A model generated the notes under the pieces. That model ran no database searches, was not told the DNA's origin, and saw nothing but the letters and a program-made list of their open reading frames with translations. A program made the translations under genes and the position numbers. A stretch of 64,000 nt of DNA, taken from the NCBI GenBank assembly GCA_965242965.1, contig OZ251518.1, positions 3,392,001 through 3,456,000 on the forward strand. The letters run 5' to 3'. Below are positions 9,859 through 19,906 of the stretch, piece by piece (positions within the stretch are counted from its first letter, which is position 1; the number at the start of each line of letters is the position of its first letter). This stretch comes from Candidatus Poribacteria bacterium. GTDB lineage: Bacteria > Poribacteria > WGA-4E > WGA-3G.

Positions 9859-12798
9859 ATGAAAACGACACAGAACTGGCTCGTGGCATCGCTACTCATG
9901 TTCGCGCTCGCGATGCACGGGCTCGCCGCCGAGAAATGGCAAGCAGACATGCAAAAGGATTTCGCAAAGGTGCTGCGTGAGAAGAAAAAGCCCGCCGAAA
10001 AACATCGCGACTTCATCGTGAAATGGGAAAAACGGGGGCATCTGGCAGCAGTGCAGACGCTGTATCGCGACGAAAAAGTGAATCGTCAAACAGACGCGGC
10101 CCTCTTTTACGGCCTCGGCTATGCGCACGCGCTGCAAGGCACCGAGACAGCGTTAGAGACAGCCGTCACCGCTTTTCAACGCGCGCTGGAAATCGAGCCG
10201 AATCTGTTTTGGGCGCGCTTTAATCTCGGCGGTGTCTATCAGCGGCAAAACGAGCACGCTTACGCACTGGCGCAATTCGAGGCGTGCATCCAACTCAATC
10301 CAAACTACTATCCTGTCTACTACCGCATCGGCGAGATTCATTTGAAAGAGGGGAATACCGCCGAGGCACGCACGGCGTTTGAAACAGCGTATCAGTTAAA
10401 CCGGAAGTGGGAATACCCACGCTATGGACTCGGTTTAGTCGCCTTCGCCGAAGGCGATTTGAACGGCGCGCGGGAGGCGTTCGAGAGACTTATCCAACAG
10501 AAAAAGAAATTCGCGCCTGCCTATTTCAAATTAGGACAGGTGCTGGCGGCGGAAGGCTTGTTTGACGCGGCTCTGGAAGAGTATGCCAAAGGCGCGAAGT
10601 ATGAGCCGTATTCAGCAGCGTCGGTTGCGGAACTCGCCGTAATTTTCAGAACCGGGGGGAATACCGATGGCGCGATAACCTTGTATCAACGCGCCCTAGA
10701 AATCGAACCCGACAACGCGCCTATTCAGTTTGCACTTGCAGAACTCCGTTATACAGAAGGCGACACGGCGACGGCTGTCCGCCACTATCAACAGGCACTC
10801 GCGCTGATGCCGAGTTTGGAGGCGGAACTGTTTAACGCATTGCGTCCCTATTTTGAAGGCGAGATGTCTGCCGAAGAAGCGATGGCACACCTCGACAAAG
10901 CGATGGCAGTGCTACCCGATGACGCGCGCACCGCTTTTTATGCTGGCACGTTGGCGGCAGACGCGGCGGACGTTGAAGGCGCAATCGAATACTACGAGAA
11001 GACGCTTGAAATTATCGCAACGGAACCTCGCTATCTGGAAATGGAATTGCCGGTAGGGCACTTCAACGACGTTTACCTCAAACTCGGCGAACTTCACCAC
11101 CGGCAAGGAGATGCGGAAACAGCAAGCACCTATTTTCAACGCGCCATCGAACTGAATCCAGCCTTGGCGGATATGTTCATTGAACAAGGACAAGACGCTT
11201 TTGACGCGGCAGACTTCCAAAGCGCGATTGAACCGCTCAATACGCACCTCCTCCTCTACCCAGAAGATATCGCCGCCACTTATCTGCTTGGACAGAGTTA
11301 CGAAGCACTCAGTGACACGAAGAACGCGCTCCGTTTTTATGAACGCACTCTCGCATTAGACGCAGCGCGGCCCGACGTGCTTTTCAAAATGGTTCATATT
11401 TACCGCGAACAGGGAACGCATCGGCAAGCCGTGGATGCATTGCAGAACATCATCGCGCTGGAACCAGATAACGCCGAAGCACATTTCCTCGCCGCGCAAT
11501 CTTATCTCGCGCTCAATCAACCCGATGCAGCACTCGCCGCTTTTTTGGAAACGACACGGATAACGCCGGATAACGTCACGGCGCACTACCAAGCCGGCAT
11601 CCTGTTTGAACAGAAAGGCGACATCGACAATGCCATCGCGCAGTATGAAAACACGATTGCCCTTGACAAAACTAACGCCGAACCCTTTTTCCGACTCGGT
11701 GCCATCTATCGCAAGCGCAACGATGAAGAGAACCTCCTCCGCGTCTATCCACCAGCGTTGGAATTGGAGCCGAACCATCCGGAACTCCACTATTTGCTCG
11801 CGGGTATTTTCGAGAAACGGGGGGAGAATCAAGAACGGAAAGTCGAAGAGACAGGTAACGTAGCGCGGGGGCCTGTCCCCCGCGAACCCTATGCTTGGGA
11901 ACGCGCTCTCCATCACTACAAATTAGCGAATCACTACGCGCCAGATAACTTCGCGTGGCACTATCAGTACGCGCGCTTACTTGATAGATACGCCGAAACC
12001 CTCAGCGAAGTCAGCGAAGCCAATGAAGACTATCATGAACCGGCGGCTTTGGCGGTGACAGAGTATTCAACGACGATGGCACTGAATGAGTCGTATGTAG
12101 ATGCTTATTTCTACCGCGGCATGTTGACATTGCGTTACCGGCAAATCGGCGAGACGCTCTACCGTTACAGCCAGATTCTGGAGGATTTCAAGCAGGTAAC
12201 AGAACTGCAGCCGAGAAACCTTGAAGCACACTACACGGTGGGAGTTATCTATTTGGAACTAGACCGGCACCGATTGGCGAAAACGGCGTTTGAAAAGGTG
12301 CTGTCTCTCTCCGCAAACTACCGGGGCGCGCACCTGCAACTCGGCAAAATTGCGGAATGGGAACAGGATTGGAAAGAGGCAATCTCGCAGTATGAAAAGG
12401 AAGCGGCACTAATCCAAGGGGCAACCGATGACATCGCCATCGGGACGTATCAAAACCTCGGCGAACTCTACTACGCGCACGCGTTGGATTACAACGCCGC
12501 CAAAGAGACGCTGGAGAAGGCACTCGCGTTAGATGAGAAGCACGTGACGACGCTGCTCAATTACGGCAATACGCTCTTCAGCATGGATACGCTCGGCGCA
12601 GCGACAGAGCAGTTTGAACGCGTCATCCAACTGGAACCGGGGAACTTGACGGCGAACTACAACCTCGCTCTCATGTATGAATACCGTGAAAAAACGGAAC
12701 AGGCGCGGACGCAGTGGAAACGGTTCCTCGCTCTCAATCCGCCCGAGCAGTGGAAACGAGAGGCAGAGGAGCACCTCCGTGAACTCGGCATTGAGTAG
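9859..12798 (+). CDS. large secreted tetratricopeptide repeat protein
   Basis: Many TPR-like 34-aa repeats; signal peptide. Confidence 0.9.
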   Translation: MKTTQNWLVASLLMFALAMHGLAAEKWQADMQKDFAKVLREKKKPAEKHRDFIVKWEKRGHLAAVQTLYRDEKVNRQTDAALFYGLGYAHALQGTETALETAVTAFQRALEIEPNLFWARFNLGGVYQRQNEHAYALAQFEACIQLNPNYYPVYYRIGEIHLKEGNTAEARTAFETAYQLNRKWEYPRYGLGLVAFAEGDLNGAREAFERLIQQKKKFAPAYFKLGQVLAAEGLFDAALEEYAKGAKYEPYSAASVAELAVIFRTGGNTDGAITLYQRALEIEPDNAPIQFALAELRYTEGDTATAVRHYQQALALMPSLEAELFNALRPYFEGEMSAEEAMAHLDKAMAVLPDDARTAFYAGTLAADAADVEGAIEYYEKTLEIIATEPRYLEMELPVGHFNDVYLKLGELHHRQGDAETASTYFQRAIELNPALADMFIEQGQDAFDAADFQSAIEPLNTHLLLYPEDIAATYLLGQSYEALSDTKNALRFYERTLALDAARPDVLFKMVHIYREQGTHRQAVDALQNIIALEPDNAEAHFLAAQSYLALNQPDAALAAFLETTRITPDNVTAHYQAGILFEQKGDIDNAIAQYENTIALDKTNAEPFFRLGAIYRKRNDEENLLRVYPPALELEPNHPELHYLLAGIFEKRGENQERKVEETGNVARGPVPREPYAWERALHHYKLANHYAPDNFAWHYQYARLLDRYAETLSEVSEANEDYHEPAALAVTEYSTTMALNESYVDAYFYRGMLTLRYRQIGETLYRYSQILEDFKQVTELQPRNLEAHYTVGVIYLELDRHRLAKTAFEKVLSLSANYRGAHLQLGKIAEWEQDWKEAISQYEKEAALIQGATDDIAIGTYQNLGELYYAHALDYNAAKETLEKALALDEKHVTTLLNYGNTLFSMDTLGAATEQFERVIQLEPGNLTANYNLALMYEYREKTEQARTQWKRFLALNPPEQWKREAEEHLRELGIE

Positions 12799-12814
12799 AT
12801 ACATGCCGAGGCCC

Positions 12815-13143
12815 GTAGGAGAGACCTCCCGGTCTCGATGCACCTCCTTAGTGGGGGCCTGTTCTTCGGCATTCCATGTTCGCGGGGGACAGGCCCCCGC
12901 GCTACGGTAACTTTAGGCTCGCGGGGGACAGGCCCCCGCGCTACGCGCAGATCGGCAGCTCGCGGGGGACAGGCCCCCGCGCTACGGTAACTTTAGGCTC
13001 GCGGAGGACAGGCCCCCGCGCTACGCGCAGATCGGCAGCTCGCGGGGGACAGGCCCCCGCGCTACGGTAACTTTAGGCTCGCGGGGGACAGGCCCCCGCG
13101 CTACGAGCCAAATCCATCGTAGGGCGAGGGACAGGCCCCCGCC
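12815..13143. repeat. REP cluster: six tandem TCGCGGGGGACAGGCCCCCGCGCTAC copies (12880-13104) with two alternating linkers, plus GTAGGAGAGACCTCCCGGTCTCGAT
   Basis: Copies start at 12880, 12919, 12960, 12999, 13040 and 13079; 80-bp doublet period. Confidence 0.9.
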
Positions 13144-13161
13144 ATCGTTCCACAACAAAAA

Positions 13162-13764
13162 ATGCACTTTCAAATTGAACACCACAACGAAGTCGCATCA
13201 ACAAACGATATTGCACTAGAACGCGGAAAGGCTGGCGCGCCAGAGGGAACGCTCATCCTCGCGGAATACCAAACCGCTGGAAGAGGCAGATATGGACGGC
13301 ATTGGACAGCACCGCACGGCAAGTGCATCCTCGCATCCGTTATCCTGAGGCATCGGTTGTTGCGCGATGAGATTGCACTGCCGAACCTCATCGGTGCCCT
13401 CAGCATCGCGCAGGCGATTTACGCGACGACGCACCTAGCAGCGCGCATCAAAATGCCCAACGATGTCCGAATCGGTAAAAAGAAAATCGCCGGTGTCCTC
13501 ACCGAATTAGCGTCCGACCGGCAACGTCAACCCTTTTTTGTGCTCGGCTTCGGTGTGAACGTAAATATCACAAAAGAAGAGTTCCCATCCGAATTGCGCG
13601 CTACGGCGACCTCGGTGCGGATAGCCTTAAACGCCGACCCGGGTCTTTGCCGCACCACACTCCTCCAAGCGATACTCTCTCGGCTTGAGGAAACGTATCT
13701 GCTGCTGAAGTCAGGCAAAACCGATTGCATCCTGAAGCGAGTGAACCGATGGAAAGAAAAATGA
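13162..13764 (+). CDS. birA: biotin--[acetyl-CoA-carboxylase] ligase (no HTH domain)
   Basis: STN, AEYQTAGRGRYGRHW, K.PND, KKIAGVLTE and GFGVNVN motifs. Confidence 0.92.
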   Translation: MHFQIEHHNEVASTNDIALERGKAGAPEGTLILAEYQTAGRGRYGRHWTAPHGKCILASVILRHRLLRDEIALPNLIGALSIAQAIYATTHLAARIKMPNDVRIGKKKIAGVLTELASDRQRQPFFVLGFGVNVNITKEEFPSELRATATSVRIALNADPGLCRTTLLQAILSRLEETYLLLKSGKTDCILKRVNRWKEK

Positions 13765-14198
13765 AGACTCTGATAAGTGCATGCCTGCTCGGTGTTCGGT
13801 GCCGTTATGATGGTGGACATAGCCGAGACGTTGCCGCCATAAAACAGCACGAAACGGATACGCTCATAGCCGTTTGCCCGGAAGAATTGGGAGGTTTGCC
13901 GACACCGCGGCCGCCTGCCGAAATTGTCGGCGGCGATGGCGAGGATGTGCTCGCCGGGACAGCGAAAGTCATGACGGAGGCAGGGGAGGACGTGACAGAT
14001 GCATACCTGCGAGGCGCGCACCAAACCTTGCGTATTGCCCAATTGCACGGCGCAACGCGAGTTATCTTGAAAGCGCGGAGTCCATCCTGTGGCTGTGGAC
14101 ACATTTATGATGGGACATTCTCCGGCACGCTGAAAGCCGGCGATGGGGTTACGGCAACTCTGTTGAAACAGCACGGAATTGAGGTAATTTCCCAGTAG
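13761..14198 (+). CDS. DUF523 / 2-thiouracil desulfidase family protein
   Basis: ISACLLG..CRYDG, VCPEE.GGLPTPR and LKARSPSCG motifs; ATGA overlap with birA. Confidence 0.88.
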   Translation: MKTLISACLLGVRCRYDGGHSRDVAAIKQHETDTLIAVCPEELGGLPTPRPPAEIVGGDGEDVLAGTAKVMTEAGEDVTDAYLRGAHQTLRIAQLHGATRVILKARSPSCGCGHIYDGTFSGTLKAGDGVTATLLKQHGIEVISQ

Positions 14199-14360
14199 GA
14201 GAGACCTCCTGGTCTCGATTTCTTCCGGTAGGAGAGACCTCCTGGTCTCGATGCAATACCGTATCGGGACAAGGATATCCCTCCTACCCACACAGCCGTA
14301 TCGGGACAAGGATGTCCCTCCTACCCGCACAGCCGTAGGAGAGACCTCCCGGTCTCAATG
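14195..14360. repeat. REP cluster (GTAGGAGAGACCTCCYGGTCTCGAT and ATCGGGACAAGGATRTCCCTCCTAC types)
   Basis: Multiple palindromic copies. Confidence 0.85.
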
Positions 14361-14399
14361 GGGTAACGCCGCACTGCTGAAACGAAACGGCGCAGATAG

Positions 14400-14772
14400 C
14401 TGAGGGTGTTTCATAAATCTGTTTCGGTAGTTATCCCCCCTAGGGGGGGAGGGTGAATACCGAAAGGCATCGGGCCCATCTCTGTAGTTCGGGAGCGCCC
14501 GCTCCCGAACGGGTCAGGATCAGGCGATCCCGAACTACAGGTGATGAGTCTCAATTTTCACCGCAGCGCGGGGGACAGGCCCCCGCGATCATTGGATTGC
14601 GCGTGTGGCATGGCGAGGGAAACCCTCTCGCATGCGCGTGTGGCATGCGAGGGCCCAAGCCCTACGTGAAGGGGCGGCGTTTTTTTCACCGCAGCGCGGG
14701 GGCCCTCGGAGGCCACACGCGCATCCTAGCGGGTTTCCCCGCGACGTTGAGCGAATTATGAAACACCCTCAG
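14400..14772. mobile_element. MITE-like element with 17-bp terminal inverted repeats enclosing REP copies
   Basis: CTGAGGGTGTTTCATAA (14400-14416) and TTATGAAACACCCTCAG (14756-14772); no credible ORF inside. Confidence 0.55.
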
Positions 14773-14776
14773 ATAA

Positions 14777-15766
14777 CTATACTTGTCCAACCTCGGCGCG
14801 ATAGGGCCCGTGGGCAGCGAAAGCAAGCACCGTCCTCAACAATTCCTGCGGATTGCCTGTATCGTAACGCTGTCCCGCAACGCGATAACCGTCCATTCCT
14901 TCGCGCCGAATCAGTTCCGCCATTGCATCGCGCAGTTGGATTTCGCCGTGCGTCACGATGGTGTTTCGGTAGTGATGCTCCAAAATGTCAAACAGGAGCG
15001 GCGTGAGTAGATCGATGCCGAAATTACAGAGGTATTGCTGCGGTGGCAGTCCTTCAACGCGCAATGTTTCCCGCGCAACGTCTACCGTCGGTTTTTCGGC
15101 GATGTGAGTCAATCGGAAAAGTTGATCGGAATTCGAGACAGGGAGGGCTCCCCTACCGTATCCATGCACAATACTCCCCGTAGGAGAGACCTCGGGTCTC
15201 GATGCAGTAAGGGCTCCCCTACTGTATCCATGCACAATGCCGTTGAGATGAAGTTCGCTTTCATCGCAAATGTCAAGGCTAGTGACAGATGTGCCTACCT
15301 GCGCGTAAATGTCAACCAGTTGTTTCGCGCAGGAAACGTCTGTCTCCGTTAGATAGAGATGGTCTCCGAGCAGAATCATGACTGGCTCGCCATCGGCGAA
15401 TGCTTTGGCGCAGTAAATGGCGTGCCCGAATCCTTGCGGCTCAGCCTGAATCGCGAAGTGCAACCGTTCGCCGATTTCCGCGAGTCTATCCGCCTGCATC
15501 GCCAATGCCGCTTTCTCGCGAATGGCGGCGGGAACGGTGCCGGAAAAATAGTCGGCAATCGGTTCAACTTGGTGCGGTTGCGCGACGAGGCATACCTCTT
15601 CTATCCCTGCCGTTAACGCCTCCTCAATAATGAGTTGGATAATCGGTTTCGCGAGGCCGTCCCGCGCGATAATTGGAAAGAGGGCTTTCGGCACGGCTTT
15701 GGTGGCAGGAAAGAGACGTGTGCCGTAGCCTGCGATGGGAATAATCGCCTTTTGAATTCGGTGCAT
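14777..15766 (-). CDS. UTP--glucose-1-phosphate uridylyltransferase-like nucleotidyltransferase
   Basis: KAIIPIAGYGTRLFPATKAVPK, Q.EPQGFGHA, LGD, EKP, GEIQLRDA and RYDTGN motifs; contains an in-frame repeat insertion. Confidence 0.88.
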   Translation of the reverse strand: MHRIQKAIIPIAGYGTRLFPATKAVPKALFPIIARDGLAKPIIQLIIEEALTAGIEEVCLVAQPHQVEPIADYFSGTVPAAIREKAALAMQADRLAEIGERLHFAIQAEPQGFGHAIYCAKAFADGEPVMILLGDHLYLTETDVSCAKQLVDIYAQVGTSVTSLDICDESELHLNGIVHGYSRGALTASRPEVSPTGSIVHGYGRGALPVSNSDQLFRLTHIAEKPTVDVARETLRVEGLPPQQYLCNFGIDLLTPLLFDILEHHYRNTIVTHGEIQLRDAMAELIRREGMDGYRVAGQRYDTGNPQELLRTVLAFAAHGPYRAEVGQV

Positions 15767-15945
15767 ACGTCACCTCCATCAGATGAGGCATCCAATGTTA
15801 CGCAGGGTGAGGACTTGTCCCTCGCTATGCCAAGCGGAATGGGCGGATATAGAAATCCGCCCTTACCAATCGTTGCGTCTTGGCGGAAGTTAGGGAGTCC
15901 TCTTACGAAACCTACCATCGGCACGCTTCGCGCCAATACAGAAGA

Positions 15946-16701
15946 TCAGTTTCGCAACCCCTTGAGGTAGCCCCAAGTAGTTGAAAGTTTGCCAGCAGGT
16001 TCCACAGGCAAAGAATCGCTTTCGGATTCAAAGTTCTGCTTCACCTCGGCTTCGTCCAAGATCCTGTCGTAGATGCGGACGTTGTCAATCATCCCGATCA
16101 GGTATCTGCCATCGTGTTCGCTACCGATGCGGCGTTCGTCCATGTTTTCGGGCGTGCCGCCAGCGGTGCCTTCGTCCACCAACTCACCATCAACGTAGAG
16201 TTTGAGTTCATCCTCTTTCGTATCGCTGGTGTAAATGATGTGATACCAGTTATCTGTCTCGGCGTTCATGCGGATTTTGACACCGTCGTTTTTATGCACT
16301 TGGATCTGGTTGCCTTCAAACTTGAAATGGACTTTGCCGGCAGCCCACTGCCAAGTAGAGACGATGCCTTGGATGCCGCCAAACTGGGCCTCCAGGGCCC
16401 AGCACTCAATAGACACCGTCTCAAACTGACCGAGGGCGGGGATTTCAACGTAGTTTTCGGCATCTCCTTCAAACTCCATTGCATCTCCCATCGGGCCTTC
16501 GACGAACTTGAGTTTGCCCATCATCTCGGCATCGTTTTCGCCGAGGGCATCCTTGACGGTTTTGCCATCCAGATCAGCCTCATTGAGCGTATACATGGCG
16601 ACGAGGCCGTCGGTGACGAAGTCTTGCGCGTCCGCAGCGGTGACGTAGCAAAGTGCAGTCAAGAGCAGACAAAGCGCACAGATTACGATATTCCTATTCA
16701 T
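15946..16701 (-). CDS. secreted LamG-like jellyroll protein
   Basis: WYHI.YT, LKLYVDGEL and GMIDNVRIYDRIL motifs; C-terminal PVEPAGKLSTTWGYLK. Confidence 0.88.
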   Translation of the reverse strand: MNRNIVICALCLLLTALCYVTAADAQDFVTDGLVAMYTLNEADLDGKTVKDALGENDAEMMGKLKFVEGPMGDAMEFEGDAENYVEIPALGQFETVSIECWALEAQFGGIQGIVSTWQWAAGKVHFKFEGNQIQVHKNDGVKIRMNAETDNWYHIIYTSDTKEDELKLYVDGELVDEGTAGGTPENMDERRIGSEHDGRYLIGMIDNVRIYDRILDEAEVKQNFESESDSLPVEPAGKLSTTWGYLKGLRN

Positions 16702-16783
16702 TTTGATTCTCCTTCTGATTGCCAGAAAGTTAAGTTTGAATATAGTTTAACACATTCAATTCAGGAATGTCAAGACAAAAACG

Positions 16784-17110
16784 TTAACCAAAAAAGTGCT
16801 TGCCGACATACGCGACAATGAAACCCACGCTCAGGACAATCGCCACAATCAGCGACGAACGACGTTGAAACTTCCAATACCGAGGGAACTTGCGCGCCAT
16901 CCATTCGGTACCGGCACTGCCCGTTTCCGTGTAGTTGAGATAAATAAGCATCAACCACAACATAAGCATCATCAAAAAGGATTCTAGGATGTCCTGGCCC
17001 TTCACGTAGTAACGGACAAACCCGAAGAGAAAAATCGATAGCGCAAAACCCCAGAAGACGAGTTTATCCGCCGTTCCTCGTATCGGCATCCGTTCTTTAT
17101 CTGCAGGCAT
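16784..17110 (-). CDS. small membrane hypothetical protein
   Basis: Three hydrophobic segments; AAGGAG RBS before ATG 17110. Confidence 0.6.
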   Translation of the reverse strand: MPADKERMPIRGTADKLVFWGFALSIFLFGFVRYYVKGQDILESFLMMLMLWLMLIYLNYTETGSAGTEWMARKFPRYWKFQRRSSLIVAIVLSVGFIVAYVGKHFFG

Positions 17111-17211
17111 CTGTTTACTCCTTTGACGAGAATTGTCAAACAGTATACTCGCTGTGCTGAAAAAAATCAAGGCGGGGTTAATCGAGGGTGTTTCAGATAT
17201 CAATGCCTTCC

Positions 17212-17540
17212 TGATAGGAGAGCCCTCCCAGTCTCAATGTCTTCCCAGTAGGAGAGACCTCCTGGTCTCGATTTCCTCCCGGTAGGAGAGCCCTCCTGGT
17301 CTCGATGCTGCCAGACTTTCAACCACTCGCAAACTAAAGCGGTGGGCTTATTCTCTCGGGCAGGCGTGCCTGATTTTGACTCGTTCGGGTGCAGGCGCAC
17401 CCGAACTACAGAGTTAGCGTGCGCGCCGCCTGTAGTTCAGGAGCACCTGCTCCTGAACTGTTTGTGCTCAGGTGCTTGCAAACGACAGCGGCAGCCTCTC
17501 CTATGGGTGTGCATCGAGACCGGGAGGTCTCTCCTACCGG
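17212..17540. repeat. REP cluster
   Basis: GTAGGAGAGACC-type and GTAGTTC.GGAGC-type palindromes. Confidence 0.8.
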
Positions 17541-17813
17541 GACATCGCTCACCCGCAGCGGCACCGAGCCCTTTCCATCTCATCCGTGGCCAGCAAGTCA
17601 CCTAGATTGAGAAGAACGAGACATGCAAACTTATTGCCGGTGATGGACTCTATCACCGACCCGCTGTTCCGAAAAAAATCAAGCACGTGTCAGCGGTAGT
17701 ATTTCTGTATCCACCGTCGCCGTTCTTCCCTTGAAGGACGCTTTATTGGAACTATCAAGGTTCCGTTCGTCTGTCTTGTCGCCGTTAACAAGTGTCACTC
17801 GCGCGGGGTCTCG

Positions 17814-18491
17814 CTAGTGTGAATGCGAGGACTCATCATGCGAGTGTGATGGGTGAGCAACAGGGGCCTCCGGCCCATAAAGTGCGTCGGGGCCATACTT
17901 TCGGACGAGTGACCGGGCGTACTCCAGAAACTCGTCGTTCCTTTGATGTGGAACAAGCTGCGCCTGAAGTTCCGCGTGCTTTAATCGGTCTGCGGCCGTG
18001 TAAACGGGTGCAGTCGCGATTCTCAGTTCTAAATCCAGAAACTCTTCAACTTCTGGAATATCGCCGTTCATCGCGACGAGTGCCGGTCTCATCATCTCCA
18101 CGCGTTTGTAGGGATCGTTGAAATCCTCCGGGCTATACTTGCGCCTCGGTTTTTCTGCCTCTGTTGCTACCTCGTCTGAAGGTGTCGTTTCTGCGTTTGA
18201 CACCGTTTCGGTTGTCCTCTCAGTCACTGAGAACTCACCCTCATCGGTTTCTACCGTGGAGAGAGGTTCATGAACGTGCGTTTGTTCATGAGTCTCTTCG
18301 TGGTGAGGAACCGGTTCTTCGCGGTCAGGTCCAGAGTTGCTTTGCTCATGCTCAGCAGGGACGTGCACCGCGGGCGTGGGTGGTTTTGGTAGTGCTTCGT
18401 CAAACTGTTTTTTCTCCCATTCGGCATAAAAGAAAATGCCTGTGCAGAAAGCAATAAGGAGCACTATGCTGGTAACTAGGTATTTTGACAT
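17814..18491 (-). CDS. N-terminally anchored hypothetical protein with His/Glu-rich linker
   Basis: Single N-terminal TM; AAGGA RBS before ATG 18491. Confidence 0.7.
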   Translation of the reverse strand: MSKYLVTSIVLLIAFCTGIFFYAEWEKKQFDEALPKPPTPAVHVPAEHEQSNSGPDREEPVPHHEETHEQTHVHEPLSTVETDEGEFSVTERTTETVSNAETTPSDEVATEAEKPRRKYSPEDFNDPYKRVEMMRPALVAMNGDIPEVEEFLDLELRIATAPVYTAADRLKHAELQAQLVPHQRNDEFLEYARSLVRKYGPDALYGPEAPVAHPSHSHDESSHSH

Positions 18492-18563
18492 AGTAATTTC
18501 CTTTAGACGCGCGCAGGACGCTGAACTCATTGTCCCGCACTGTCTTTCATAAATCGCTCAACG

Positions 18564-18806
18564 TTGCGGTGACAGGCCCCGCGCTACGGTGGAAAAAACG
18601 CCTCACCTTCACGTAGGGCGAGGGCCTGTCCCTCGCCATGCGTTTTGCTGTCAGACCGCATCACTCCTGTAGGTCAAGATCGCCTGATCTTGACCCGTTC
18701 GGGAGCGGGCGCTCCCGAACTACAGCGGTGGGCCCGATGCCTGCCGGTAGTCGCCCGCCCTCCAAGGCGAGATAACTACCGAAACGGAGTTATAAAACAC
18801 CCTCAC
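18564..18806. repeat. REP cluster ending in a TTATAAAACACCCTCA terminus
   Basis: Same palindrome families and terminus as 14400-14772. Confidence 0.75.
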
Positions 18807-18890
18807 TTAAACATCGAGGATCTAGTGAATATACTCAACTCGATACACAGTCTCCTCCGCGAAGTAGAACACCTCGTGGTCCGGAGAAAA

Positions 18891-19892
18891 CTAAAGCATC
18901 TCGGAGGTTTTACGAAGGATAACATTATCCTCATAAACCGTCTGGATTAACTCCTCAATCTCCGGTTCTTGAACGGCGATGTCAACAATCCTGAATTTTT
19001 GGAGGATTGTGCCGATGAGCTCCGCCGTGCGAATTTCCTCTGGGGAGAAGCGATACTGCACACGGGTGCCTTCCCGATGCGTAATCTGCACGTGAGGGAC
19101 GCGAACGTCCGGATAGTCCTCGGCGTAATCAACCCTGAGCAGCCGCTCTTTTGAAAGCATCCCCCGAAGTGTGGCGAGTTTACCATCGAAGAGGAGGCGC
19201 GCGTCATCAATGAGAATCACGCGGTTGCAGAGTTTCTCTACATCACCCAGGTCATGCGTTGTCAACACCACCGTCACCTGCCGTTCAGCGTTAATCTGTT
19301 GGATAAACTGGCGGATACGCGCTTTGGCGACGACATCCAATCCAATCGTCGGTTCATCAAGAAACAAGACATCGGGGTTGTGGAGGAGGGCGGCACCGAT
19401 GTCGGCGCGCATCCGTTGTCCAAGGCTGAGTTGACGTACGGGTGTCTGAAAAAACGCGCCGAGTTCAAGCAGCCCATCAAACATCGCTACATTGCGCTGA
19501 TACTGCGCCTGCGGAATGCGATAGATACGCCGGAGTAATTCAAACGATTCTTGCACGGGCAAATCAAACCACAGATGCGAACGCTGTCCAAAGACAACGC
19601 CGATGCGCGCCGCATTCTCCTTTCGCTGACGATGCGGGATATAACCGTTCACGGTAACGCTGCCTGACGAGGGGACGAGGATGCCGGTCAGCATCTTGAT
19701 GGTTGTCGATTTTCCTGCGCCATTCGGTCCCAGATAACCGACGATTTCGCCGCGCATCACGGTGAAGGAGACGTTGTCTACGGCTTGGACTATGCGGTGT
19801 TTGCGCGAAAAGAGGTTGGCAAACGTGCCCCAAAACCCTTTGCGGTGATGGTAGACTTTGAACGTTTTGCTCAGATTTCGGACTTCAATCAT
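18891..19892 (-). CDS. ABC transporter ATP-binding protein
   Basis: GPNGAGKST, LSLGQRMR, LFLDEPT and TTHD motifs. Confidence 0.95.
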   Translation of the reverse strand: MIEVRNLSKTFKVYHHRKGFWGTFANLFSRKHRIVQAVDNVSFTVMRGEIVGYLGPNGAGKSTTIKMLTGILVPSSGSVTVNGYIPHRQRKENAARIGVVFGQRSHLWFDLPVQESFELLRRIYRIPQAQYQRNVAMFDGLLELGAFFQTPVRQLSLGQRMRADIGAALLHNPDVLFLDEPTIGLDVVAKARIRQFIQQINAERQVTVVLTTHDLGDVEKLCNRVILIDDARLLFDGKLATLRGMLSKERLLRVDYAEDYPDVRVPHVQITHREGTRVQYRFSPEEIRTAELIGTILQKFRIVDIAVQEPEIEELIQTVYEDNVILRKTSEML

Positions 19893-19906
19893 CGGTTTTT
19901 CTCCAG

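Noticed and set aside
12880-13104. CRISPR array
   Set aside because: The linkers are only 13-15 bp and alternate identically, the repeat is dispersed across the window, and there are no cas genes.
17580-17810. Possible gene remnant or ncRNA
   Set aside because: I found no credible ORF, motif or convincing structure.
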